Shown piece after piece: positions 53,087-64,000 of a stretch of 64,000 nucleotides of DNA (position 1 is the first letter of the stretch; each line of letters opens with the position of its first letter). The stretch comes from Octopus sinensis (lineage: Eukaryota), in contig NC_042999.1 of the NCBI RefSeq assembly GCF_006345805.1, positions 127,658,001-127,722,000 on the forward strand, in the 5' to 3' direction. The translations under genes were made by a program, and so were the position numbers. The notes beneath the pieces were generated by a model. It saw only the letters and a program-made list of their open reading frames with translations, made no database searches and had not been told where the DNA came from.

Positions 53087-54050
53087 CTGTAAATGTAATA
53101 GTTGACAATTATTCGGTAGCCATGATAAAACCCCGAGTTTCGGATACTGAGGTGGAAATCCACACCACCATCTCTTCAATTATCTGGCCATCGGAAAAAT
53201 GCTATGAAAAATGACCATTATAGAAAGGGAAATTACTCTGTGATTGACCGTTATTAAGACAAAAGAGCTATTCGAATGACCACTGAGTAAGGAGAAGAAG
53301 TAAAGTAAGGGGGTAAAAGGTTCATAGTATTCGCGTAAGCACGCCTATTCATATCTACACATGTGCGTGCGCCTAGAGGTATACATTCATCTACACTCAC
53401 TTGAAAACGTACACATCCTTCACCAAATGTATATGCATATACATACAAACCCACATACACACACGCGCACCATAAAGGTTCATACATGTGTCTATATATG
53501 CACTAGCAAAAACAGAGCTAAGGGTAACAATACAGAAAAAAGGTGTAAGGGAGTATGCAAAGAGTAAACTACATCTATATATGCACACACGCCTATATAC
53601 ATGCATACCCGCACATGTCTATATATGCATGCACACATACGCACACAAAAAAGTTCATACACACGTCTATATGCGCACATACACAAGAAAAAGCAGGGCT
53701 AAAGGCAAAAATACAAGAAAATGTGTAAACAAACAATGAGTAAAACATGTCTATATATGTACATACTCGCATGCATGCATACGCACATACCTGCACACAT
53801 CCACATGCACGCAAAAAGGGTTCCATATACATGTCTATATACGCACAGGGAAAATGCAGGGTACTATACACCAATATCTCTATAAATATGTAGCAAATAT
53901 ATATATAAAAATATATATAAATAAAAGTATACACGTAAAAGGTATAAAGAGATATAAAGCTTGTACATGGACACAATATAGAAAGCAAGTCCTATCTGTA
54001 ATCTGCGGGGGGACCAAAAACATAACAAATATTTGGCCACATGCAAATAG
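53087..54050. mobile_element. Possible Penelope-like relic with ~160-175-bp internal tandem units
   Basis: Hammerhead-like motif at the left end and repeated AA(A/G)GGTTC(C)ATA-type unit starts at 53316, 53474, 53649 and 53816. No recognisable RT or GIY-YIG ORF. Confidence 0.35.
53124..53184 (-). ncRNA. Candidate type I hammerhead ribozyme (Penelope-like-element type), core probably weakened
   Basis: Minus strand reads GATAA-TTGAAGA-[stem II]-GAA-ACTCGGGGT-T-TTATC, with a perfect 5-bp stem I and a quasi-palindromic stem III. Confidence 0.5.
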
Positions 54051-54059
54051 TTACAATTT

Positions 54060-55176
54060 TTTTGACTGACTTTTGTCAATGTTATGAATTTTTTTTTCCT
54101 TTTGACATTTGATAGCCATTACTTTTAGCTTATTTTAGAAGCAAATTGCATGTAATTTTGTTTACAGCTGTTAGTTCAGTGTCAGTTGTAACATGGAGTG
54201 CAAAAACAAACATTTTCACCATATTTTGCATTTTTATTTCCATAAAGGCAAGAAAGCTGCTGAGGCTCACAAAGAAATATGTGAAGTTTATGGTGTTGAT
54301 TGCTTAACAGAATGCAGAGATGGTTTTAAAAAGTCCATCCTGGAGATTTTTCACTCAGACCAATGTTCTGATTGACTTACTGAAGTTGATGATGACCAAA
54401 TCAAAGCCAAACTGAATCTGGTTGTCATATAACTGCACGAGAGATTGCAGAAAGGTTAAATGTATCACATGCAATTGAAAATCACTCATTATGGGTTCCA
54501 CATAAATTGTAAGAGATTCACTTATGACAATGAATCAATATTTGCGATATGCATCTCAAACAATAAAATTGACCTTTTTTTAAGCAAATCATCACTGGTG
54601 ATGAAGAAAGAGATTGTCTACAATAACATCAATCAAAAACGATCATGGTTCAAATGCAATGAACCAGCACAAACCACATCGAAAGCTGAATTGTGTTAAA
54701 AAAAGGTCATGTTGTCAATTTGGTGGGATTATAAAGGTGTTGTGTATTTTAAGCTGCTTCCATGGAACCTAAAAATCAATTCAGATGTTTACTGTCAACA
54801 ACTAATGAAACTGGAGTAAGCAATCAAAGAAAAATTACCAGAATTATTGGAGCTTGGTTGGGAAGTGATGTCACATCAACCATGTAGCCCAGACCTTGCA
54901 CCATCAGATTACCATTTATTTCAAAGTTTGCAAAATTCTTTGAATGGTAAAACTTTCAATAATAATGATGATGACCTGAAGTTACTCTTATTTCAGTTTT
55001 TGGTTGATAAGGACCAGAAGTTCTATGACCACAGAATCATAAGTTGCCAGAAAGATGGCAAAAGATCATAAAACAAAATGGAAAATATATAAATGATGAA
55101 AGTTCATTCTTTGTCTGAAAAAAAAAGCTTTTTATTTCACACTAAAAAACCGAAATTACTTTCTTGCCTACCTATA
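54060..55176 (+). mobile_element. Decayed mariner transposon (resembles the mellifera subfamily)
   Basis: N-terminus MECKNKHFHHILHFYFHKGKKAAEAHKEICEVYG (54193), then IITGDE, WWDYKG and SPDLAPSDYHLF. The 3' ITR remnant CGAAATTACTTTCTTGCCTACCTATA lies at 55151-76. Multiple stops and frameshifts; 5' ITR not seen. Confidence 0.9.
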
Positions 55177-55823
55177 TGTATATATGTGCGTGTGTGTGTT
55201 TACATCTCCCAAATCTACTCAAAAGGCTTTGATCAGCCTGAGGCTATAGTAGAAGACACTTGCCCAAGGTGCCATGTATTGGGACTGAACCTGGAACTTT
55301 ATGGCCAGGAAGCAAATGGAGCACCAAGTTAACCCTTCTTAAAGAGACCTACGGTTAAAGGTATTCTAAGCATATCCAGCCTTTCTAAGACAGTAGGGTT
55401 GGGATTTGAGGAAGATTTGTTAGCTATCTCTTCTCGTTGTTTGAACATGTAGAACTACCTTTGACTTGAATACATTCTAGGATGTCTCTTTGATGGGTTG
55501 GTGGATCCCTCTCAGACACATCATCAATTTTGAACCCTGTTTAATTGAACTATTAGTATTTAACCCTTCTGAATTAGTGTGAAAGTTTGAGTATTTTGGT
55601 ATGTGTAGCCCAAAGATGATCTCTGATTAGCTGTTACAATTCAAAGCCGACTGTTCACATTTGCTCCATCAATGGATCTGCCTGAAAGTCCTTTCAGTTT
55701 GGACTGATCAATCGACCTGGATGTCCCAAGTGGGTTAATCTACTGAGCTATCAACCTATTCATTGAATTGGGGTTTTTCGATTACAAAATAAGCTTTTTA
55801 ACCATTTGGCCATGCTCTCCCCT

Positions 55824-55872
<49 letters not shown>

Positions 55873-56378
55873 GTTTCTCCCTTTCTTGCCCAGCTCCCTT
55901 TCTCTCTCCCTCCTCCCCCTTCTGTGTCTCTTCCTTTCTATCTCTGTCACTCTTTATGTGTGTGTAACAATGCATCCACACACATTCATACATACACTTG
56001 TACAAAAACACATTCATACACCATGCACCTATGTATCTGGTATATTTATATGTGTGTGTGTGTGTGTGTGTAAGCAGAAAAATGGCAGGCCATTGATAAG
56101 AAATCATATGGTCTGTTAAACAAGAGCTTCTGACTAAAAATAAGCTGTATCTTCCAACTTGTTGCTATAGGGTTGGAATTTAACTGAGGTGGCTGCGTAA
56201 GGCGGGGGGGGGGGTAATAGCTCAGCAGCCAAGCAGAGGTGGAGAGGGAGTACTGTGACCTGGTTATTCTTTTATTTTCCTTTGGGATCTGCTATATCAC
56301 TGTAGGTATTTTGTTTGACAAGTCAGTGTGTGTGTTGGAAGAGTGAGAGAGATAAGAAGAGAGAGAAGTGCTTAGTTC

Positions 56379-56424
<46 letters not shown>

Positions 56425-57389
56425 AGTTGTTTCAAATTTCTTTACCCACTAATCTACTTTTGACCAATCACAGCTACTCTGCTCTGCTTTCTGGCTTATC
56501 ATACAAGCTCTTTAGAGATTTTTATACTCCACTCACTCTGCTAAACTGTCATTCTCTAATACTTTGTTTAATAAGTCTGTGTGTGCATATATGTGTGTAT
56601 AAGTGCACATGTGTGTGAATATGTGTGTGTGTATGTGTACTAATGACAAGCTTTAACTTTATATACTTTTATATACTGTTATCTCACAATACAGCAGATT
56701 TAATAGTGTGTAGCCTAAAGGTTGGGAATATTGGCTAATTTTGGTGGGAAAAAAGGTTTTTGTGTAATGTGTGTGTGTGCTTATGCGTGTATGTTTATGT
56801 GTCCATACATGTATGTTTGTGTGTGTGTGTGTGTAGATTTACACATGTACACATACATACATACATACATGTCATTTTCATGTCAGCTTTTCCGTGATGT
56901 CATAGGTTGGTTGAGATTTCATGAGCTAGTATTCTACAGCTAGATACCCTTCCTGACACCAACTCTTGCTTGTTTTCAACTGAGATACTTGAATTCACAG
57001 ATCTACTGTGAATATATCGGCTTTATGATGCAAACAGGAAAATTTTATTTATATAGAAGTGTAATTAAAAAAAAATAAATAAAAATGGATAATTCCTACC
57101 ATGTGGATAAGAGTCATGATTTAGTATGCATGGACAACCACTTGTCTTTCATAAACAACTTTGTGCAGACTTGTGCCTTGAAGGTAACTTTCTAGGTGCA
57201 ATCCTATGGTCATTCATGACCAAAGGGGGTCTTTACCCATTATCCTATTCTGCAGCTGGATACCCTTCCTGGCACTGACCCTTGCTTGTTTTCAACTGAG
57301 ATACTTGAATTCACAGATCTATTGTAAATATATCGGCTGTATGATGCAAACAAGAAAACGTTATTGATGTAGAAGTGTAATAATAAAAA

Positions 57390-57742
57390 AGAGAGCACAA
57401 AACTCCACCAAGGCAACACCAATGTCTTCTCAACAATTAGCCAGAGATGATTTTTTAAATGAGAATATCTGAAATAAACTCAACTGCTCTCACAAACGAG
57501 AATACTAAAAATGAACCCAACCACTCTCAAAAATTAAGTAAAGAAAAAAAAACGGAAAAATAATCCAGAATCCTTGTCTGGTACCAGATCAATCCCAAAA
57601 TCTAATCATTTTGCGCCAGTCATGAGGCCAACCATCTCTGAAAGTTTCATCCAAATCCATCCAGCGGTTCTTGAGTTATCTTGTCCACAGACAAACAAAT
57701 GCAACTCAAAATAATACCTCTGCCTTTGCTAAGGTGGAGGTA
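57390..57742 (+). mobile_element. DINE-1/HINE-like element, second copy
   Basis: Aligns with 19400-19762 over ~340 bp; 3' stem-loop at 57715-57742. Confidence 0.7.
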
Positions 57743-58099
57743 ATAATGGATAATTCATAACAAGTGGATATGGGTTATGATTTGCTAATAGACAGTACCC
57801 ATGACTTAGAGCAGAAATATTCAAAGTTCCAAGTCACATTCCTTCCTTTATAATCTCAGATAATGTTAAAAATAATTTACTCTGAACAGTTCAGGTACAC
57901 TATCTGAAATTCCTACTTTCTTCTCTATATTTTAAGTTAGGATGTGGGCCTGAGGTTGTTTAATTTCAGGTTTTGCTTCTGTACCTGGAATTTCTTCTAT
58001 CATCCCACTACAAATTCAGTTATGAGAACGAGATCATCAGTATATAGGAGTTCCCATGGGTATCTGATCTTAAACTCTTCTGTTATGGATATGGAACAA

Positions 58100-58760
58100 G
58101 TGTGGCTGTGTGGCTGACAAGCTTGCTTCCCAATCATATGGTCTTAGGTTCAGTCAAACTGTGATGAACCTTGGGCAAGTGCCTTCTGCTAATGTCTCTT
58201 ACCAAATAAAAGTGTTGTGAGTTGATATGTACCCTTGTCTTGACATCACATGGTAATTGTAAATGAACATCAACATCATGCAAGTAACATTGTATGTTTC
58301 CGTTCTTCTCTTAAAAAACATGTTTATCTATGGGAAAATATTACTTTGCTTGGAAATAGGTGAGGGTTGGTAACAGGAAGGTCATCTGGCCATCGAAAAT
58401 CTGTCTCAACAAATTCCACAGGCTCATGTAAGCATGGAAAAGTGGACAGTAAATTATGAGGATGATATCTTTTATCTTTTACTTGTTTCAGTCATTAGAC
58501 TTTGGCCATGCTGGGGCACAGCCATGAAGAATTTTTTGCTGAATATATTATCAACCCCAGTACTTGTTTTCCATAAGCCTGGTACTTATTCTATCACTTT
58601 CTTTTGCTGAACTGCTCTTACATGCACAGACACATGATAGGATCTTCCACAGTTCCCATCTTTGAAATTTCACAGACAAAGTTTTGGTTCTTATAGAAGA
58701 CAGTTGTCCAAGTTGATGGGCAGTGGAATCTAACCAAGACCACATGGCTATAAAACAAAC
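58100..58760. mobile_element. Two family B SINEs in tail-to-tail orientation
   Basis: + copy ~58100-58465 (head GTGGCTGTGTGG, RTE-like tail) followed by - copy ~58470-58760. Confidence 0.65.
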
Positions 58761-59689
58761 TTTTAAACTATACACTCAGTCAATTATTTTGATATTCCTT
58801 TTTTGTTGGGAAAGGGTTGTATGGAGATTGTTGACTGGAAATTTTCAAATGATCCATCTTATAACTAGATTAGAGTTTAGGAAAATTGGTTAAAATCTAT
58901 TATTCTGATTATCTATCTGGTCATTATGCCTTAACACTATCTCTGAGTACAGTATGTTTCCAGCTGGTTCCATAATATTTTATTTTCTTACTACCTCATT
59001 AAAAAATGTAAATAAAATATTAATTAAACTACCTGCTCATGGGTACTGGGTTCAGATCCACAATAGACAATCTGTTCTCTTTCAGAGTAGAATGTGTTAA
59101 TCTATATGCCTTCAGTTTCTCTAACTGTTGAAAACAAGCACAGTGTTATCTGGGAAGTTTTACTTTCAGTAGACTGACATACTATCCAGGAGAGAGAATT
59201 ATCTCTCATCCACTTAACACCATTAAGTCAAAGCTTAAATAGTTGGGAGGTGTTAAAAACATTCATTGATAAAATAACATCCAGTAAGTGTTTTTTGTTT
59301 TGTTTTATTTTTGCATTTCTTTTCTTTTTTTTTTTACTTTTTCCAAATTTTTGCCAACAAAACAGCATCACAGTCATCACCACAATAATCAGAATCATGC
59401 TTTCTGCCACTAACACCAAGTACAGTAATGTCTAGACTAGCAGTTCTTTTAAATATGGAATATATACTACTTTTACTTTTATTTGTTTCAGTCATTAGGC
59501 TGCTGCCATGCTGGGGCAATGCATTGAAGAATTTTAGTCAAACTTTTCAACTCCAGTTCTTACCTTTTTAAGCCTGTCACTTATTCTATCAGCCTCTTAT
59601 GCTGAACTGCTAAGCTATAGTGATGTAAACACACCAACATTGTTTGTCAAGTAGTGGCGGAAGACAAACACACGCATGCGTAGATATAT

Positions 59690-59850
59690 ATATATATGTA
59701 TAAATAAACGATGCGCTTCTTTCCACCCACATGGCTTTGGTTGGCCTGCTCGCTTAGCCAGCGGTTAGCTTTCATTCGAAGGCTAAAACAATGCGAACGC
59801 ATTGTGACCAGCAATGTGTAACAACATCTGATGGTCTGGTCGGTCACGTG

Positions 59851-59853
<3 letters not shown>
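59690..59853 (+). mobile_element. Short CpG-rich repeat-like element ending in GTCACGTGATC, unclassified
   Basis: CpG-rich block between a SINE and a (TA)n run; single copy in the window. Confidence 0.35.
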
Positions 59854-59899
<46 letters not shown>

Positions 59900-60125
59900 C
59901 AGAGAGAGAGAGAGCGCATTGTATCTTTGTTGAATCTATTTTGTATTTTATAATTTTACAACACTAAAATATGTAACAAAATTGTGTGAAGTTATCAAAA
60001 TCACATCTCTCAGCAGTTTCAAAACAAACTTGATGATACGGATAATGCTGTACATAATGATTAAAAACTTCCGTAATCAAAACAACTTCTGTTCACTAAA
60101 GAATTGCTACTACTCTCTCTCTCTC

Positions 60126-60163
<38 letters not shown>

Positions 60164-61354
60164 CCTTGAATTACTAATTTAGGTGGAGCTTTGGGTAGAG
60201 CTTTTATGTAGTTGCTTGACTTGCTAGAAATAGCAGGAAAACTCCTTCAAATAACAGTGTACCATCTAGAAAAATGAGGAGGGATACACTGAATCATGTG
60301 GGACATCAGTATACACAACAGAAGAGATGGTTACTTCTGGATTGCCTTTGATCATAGATCTGCTTGTTCAGGACTGACCTGAGGATTAAATGATATCAAC
60401 AATAATTAATTGACTCTAGATAACAGCACAGCCATGTAGTTTAACCACTTAGATAATGAGAAACAGGTCATACTTGTAAAAGAAGAGTAAAAAGAAATGC
60501 AATGCTTATTCTTGTTATTTAATGCTCTCTCTCTCCCTCTCTCCCCACTGTTATAAAGGTGTGAAGTGGATCAGAAGATAGATAATTGATGACAGTCAAA
60601 ACTACTATATGTTTGTTTGGCTGTCTCCCTGGAGTCTTGTAGGCTGGGGCCTGGTGAGCTTTAAACCTTTATTGTGTTGCAGCTATTATGATGTTCAGTT
60701 GAAATTCTAGTAGCTTTCCCAAGTCATTATCTTTTATATTGTTGTTGTAGCCAATCTCAGCAGCTTTATCAGACAGAGGATTAGTTAACAACAACAACAC
60801 CACCACCACCATCACCACTCTCGGATATGATGTGGTGTTTTGTTTGACTCTGTTTCGACAACACTGTAAGGGAATGTTCCCACACTCCAGCTAACTTTAC
60901 TGCACATGAGAAATCTTTTTAGCTATCAACTCACTTTTACCTCTCTGTCTTCTTCATTTGTTGGTTGGAGCAAATCACACACACACACACACATACACCT
61001 CTGTGATCATGGAACTAAAATATATTTAACGAGAAAGGAAAGGGTCCTCATGAGATGTATATATGATGGTGAGTGTGTAAGTGAATGAGTGAAACCAAAT
61101 CACGCGTTTTACCAATGTTTTTTTTTTCTTTTCATTTGCTGTCAGTTTAGCTGTTGTTCTATGATTTACGTAGATGGTTTTCTGTCATTTGACAGGTTTA
61201 GAGTTAAAAATACATTATAAAATATTTAAAGAAAACATAAAAGCAATACTTTTATGATATTTTTTTCACAGAAATCATTGTAAATGCTTAATTGAATTGG
61301 CCAGTGACTGAAAGGAATTTAAAATACATATGTACAAACACACACACACACACA

Positions 61355-61905
61355 GGGAGCAGGCATAGTTGTGTTGTGAAGAAGTTCATAGGGTTTTGGG
61401 CTCAATCCCATTGCATGCTCGGCAAGTGTCTTCTACAACAGACCCAACCTTGTGAGGGGATTTTATAGATGGAAACTAACAGAAGCCTTTTGTGTGTGTG
61501 TATACATGGCTGTATGAGTGTGTATGTGTTAGTTTCTCTTTGTCTTGACATCACATAACAGTTGTAAATGAGTGTCACCAATCTACCAGAATAGTCTTTC
61601 ATGTTCAACCTTCTACAGAAATATGTCTGGCTTGCTTAGAAACAAGTGGCAACTGGAAGGGCATCCAGCTGTAGAAAACCTGCCTCAGTAAATTCCATTT
61701 CACACACACGCACACATATCTAAGATTAGTGTGCTGGCAGAATCGTTAGCACACCAGGCAAAATGCTTGGTGATATTTTGTTCATCGTTGTGTTCTCTGA
61801 ATTCATATTCCTCTGAGGCTAACTTTGCCTTTCATCCTTTTGATGTTGATAAAATAAGTACCATTTGAGCACTGGGGTTGATGTACTTGACTTAACTACT
61901 CCTGG
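61355..61905 (+). mobile_element. Family B SINE (~61355-61700) followed by family A SINE (~61730-61905)
   Basis: Heads GCAGGCATAGTTGTGTTGTGAAGAAG and GTGCTGGCAGAATCGTTAGC, each with its family body. Confidence 0.7.
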
Positions 61906-62861
61906 GAAAAATTATAAAAACTGCTGCCTTCTGTTGATCTAGTGTGGCAGAGTAGGTTCATCAAACCAGTATGCTCTGAAGCTCAAATTCACAGCCCCCA
62001 CATCCGACCATGGTTGGTGAAAAGAACATGCTGAGGCCTTTGTCCTTCTGTAGACTAAAGCAATGGGAAATAAGTTGCTTTGCTGCCACCATCACTTGGC
62101 AACCAGTGTTGGTGTGTTTACATCCCTGTGACTTAACAGTTTGGGAAAAGGGACTGATAGAAGAAGTACTCGGCTTTATAAAAAAATAAGTATTGGGGTC
62201 CGTCATTTGACTCAAAATTGCTTAAGGTGATGCCCCAACATGGCCACAGTCTAATGACTGAAACAAGTAAGAGCTGAAATATATATATATTCACACACAT
62301 GCTCACATGTGTATATATTGTTGTATGTCAGATCCAGCTGTTACCTGAAAACTAGCATAGTTTTATAACATGTACTATACTTTCATTAATTGTTTTACAT
62401 GCCTATGCAGATGTGAGCAGTCATAAACTCTCTGTCCACTTTCTCACTCTTTGACCTAATTGCACATTAAGGATGTGACATCTGGAAGGAGAGAGAGAGC
62501 TGCACCAGCTTTTGGCTTGTATCATTTTCAGCTGAGTAGACTAAAGCAATGGGAAATAAAGTGCTTTACTGAAGGACATAATGTTCTGCCCCATTCAGGA
62601 ATTGAACTCATCACAGTATAACCATGAAATAAATAACCCTAACCGCTAGGTTGCACAATTCTCTCTCACTCAAGTGTGTGTGCAAGTGCACGCACACACA
62701 CACACATTTCTGTTTCAAGTATTGAAAGACAGCGCCTTATCCTCTGAACATTACAAATTTCTTGAGGAAAATATGAATATCTTGCACGTTAGCTTTCAGT
62801 ACATACATACATATATACGTGTGTGTGTACAGATTTGTTTATATGTATGCATGTATATGTA

Positions 62862-62889
<28 letters not shown>

Positions 62890-62894
<5 letters not shown>

Positions 62895-63159
62895 TTTGTT
62901 TTGCGATTTGGTTTGCAAGATTCTTTATATGAGTTTGTGTGTTGAAGCATATTCTGTTGTGTCTGGGGAGAGTCATTTTCTTTTTGTGTCTTACAATGTA
63001 ACACACTCACCGGTAAAATTTCCACTTATTTCTTATTTTTATTTCCCTAAAATTTTCGTTGCGTCTTGCAACATTTTCAATAGTCTTGACTCTTGAAAAG
63101 GTTGCAAGACGCAACGAAAATTTTAGGGAAATAAAAATAAGAAATAAGTGGAAAATTTA
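62890..63159 (-). mobile_element. Fold-back element, probably an inverted Penelope-like terminal repeat
   Basis: Perfect 54-bp inverted arms 63019-63072 / 63101-63154, extended inward and outward across single mismatches. Hammerhead-like motifs sit at the centre. Confidence 0.65.
63047..63083 (-). ncRNA. Candidate minimal type I hammerhead ribozyme with U3-A8 core
   Basis: Minus strand reads CTA-TTGAAAA-T-GTTGC-AAGAC-GCAAC-GAA-AATT-T-TAG. Confidence 0.55.
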
Positions 63160-63734
63160 TGAAGGATTTGTGTAGCTGAAAAATTTAAATCTCAAGAACA
63201 CACTCATGCACACATTGCCAATATGTATGAACATTAAATTCTGCTATGAAAAGTAAATTTTTCTACTTCAGACTTCGCTACCCCACCAGACAAACAGCTG
63301 TCGAAAACTAGCATTAAGAATTACCTCCCTTCTTTTAATGGTAGTCTTAGTGTTGTAATAGTTTCTAATTTTTAAGAACGTTTATGATAGTCACTTGCTT
63401 TAATACATGGTCGTTGACATTGCTATTTTTAAAATTTTACATTTTTGTACCAGAATTTAAATACATTAAGCTATTAGCAATGTTTGTTTATACTTCTAAA
63501 AAGTTGGGGTTTTTTTTTTTTTTACTTAAAAATTTGTTTATGATTAGTTTTAACTTTCTTTAAGCAAATAGTGATGGTTGCTATGAAAATACTAACAACG
63601 AATTTAGGTAATAGGTACACTGAGTTATTCAAAAGTCCCTTTAATATTTCAATAATAATTTCTTTTATTTTGTTACAATTATGTTCTATAACGTGTATGT
63701 GGTGGGTGTACTTACAGTTATTCTTTCGTTTGCT

Positions 63735-63901
63735 TACCGTAAATCCTCGAGTATAGTCCGCCCTTGAGTATAATACGCAGGTTTTTTTTAGGAGGTTGTA
63801 CCTCTGAAAAACCTAAACCTTGTGTATAATGCGCACCCCTTCTCTAACTTGAGTCAAGGAGGTTATTATAACGTCCTTGGTTTGTAAAAATGTATACGGT
63901 A
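63735..63901. mobile_element. pogo/Tigger-type MITE remnant
   Basis: Starts TACCGTAAATCCTCGAGTATAGTCCGC and ends TACGGTA, with three internal G(A/T)GTATA..CGC repeats. Confidence 0.5.
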
Positions 63902-64000
63902 ACGTACTTTATTATTATTGTATATATAACATAATGCAAACGTGTAGCTTCTTTGTGCATTTTGTTTGCAGAAAATAAAGAAATAACAGTGATAACATTT

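Noticed and set aside
53960-54050. Possible GIY-YIG endonuclease remnant (ASPICNLRGDQK)
   Set aside because: Too short and degenerate, and on the opposite strand to the hammerhead motif.
59845-59850. Canonical E-box CACGTG as a circadian element
   Set aside because: It is a single hit at the end of a repeat-like block next to (TA)n, with no clustering.
5679-63756. The many 60-145 aa ORFs rich in YI, CV, HT, RE and SL
   Set aside because: They are translations of (TA)n, (TG)n, (CA)n and (GA)n repeats or chance AT-rich frames, with no domain motifs or coherent splice structure.
32120-64000. Hinge and ligand-binding-domain exons of the nuclear receptor
   Set aside because: I checked several acceptor-like sites (32810, 33754, 34400, 45537, 49727, 50499) and none gave receptor-like coding sequence. 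The exons probably lie beyond the window, though a short exon could have been missed by eye.

Overview
Eukaryotic (animal) genomic DNA: AT-rich, rich in microsatellites and densely covered by SINEs, MITEs and LINE fragments. The repeat landscape suggests an octopod cephalopod (inference, not proven). The only host coding sequence I can support is two + strand exons (16525-16651, 31978-32119), 15.3 kb apart. Spliced, they give a complete but divergent nuclear-receptor DNA-binding domain of the NR1C/D/E/F (PPAR/Rev-erb-E75/E78/ROR-HR3) group. No hinge or ligand-binding-domain exons were found, so the rest of the window is probably intron. Mobile DNA: the 3' part of a young RTE LINE with a PHD finger inside its reverse transcriptase (1-2063), older RTE, CR1 and mariner relics, at least four SINE families (labels A-D are mine), piggyBac-, hAT- and Tigger/pogo-like MITEs, a mini-Helitron and two DINE-1/HINE-like elements. 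Best leads: (i) two different Penelope-type minimal hammerhead ribozyme candidates (63047-63083 and 53124-53184, both minus strand), the first inside a near-perfect ~146-nt fold-back; (ii) a repeat-poor, CpG-retaining intronic block with tandem CCAAT boxes downstream of the DBD exons, a candidate internal promoter; (iii) the unusual residues of the DBD. Most ORFs in the supplied track are microsatellite artefacts. Coordinates of degenerate repeats are approximate (+/- 20-50 bp), and all counts were made by eye.
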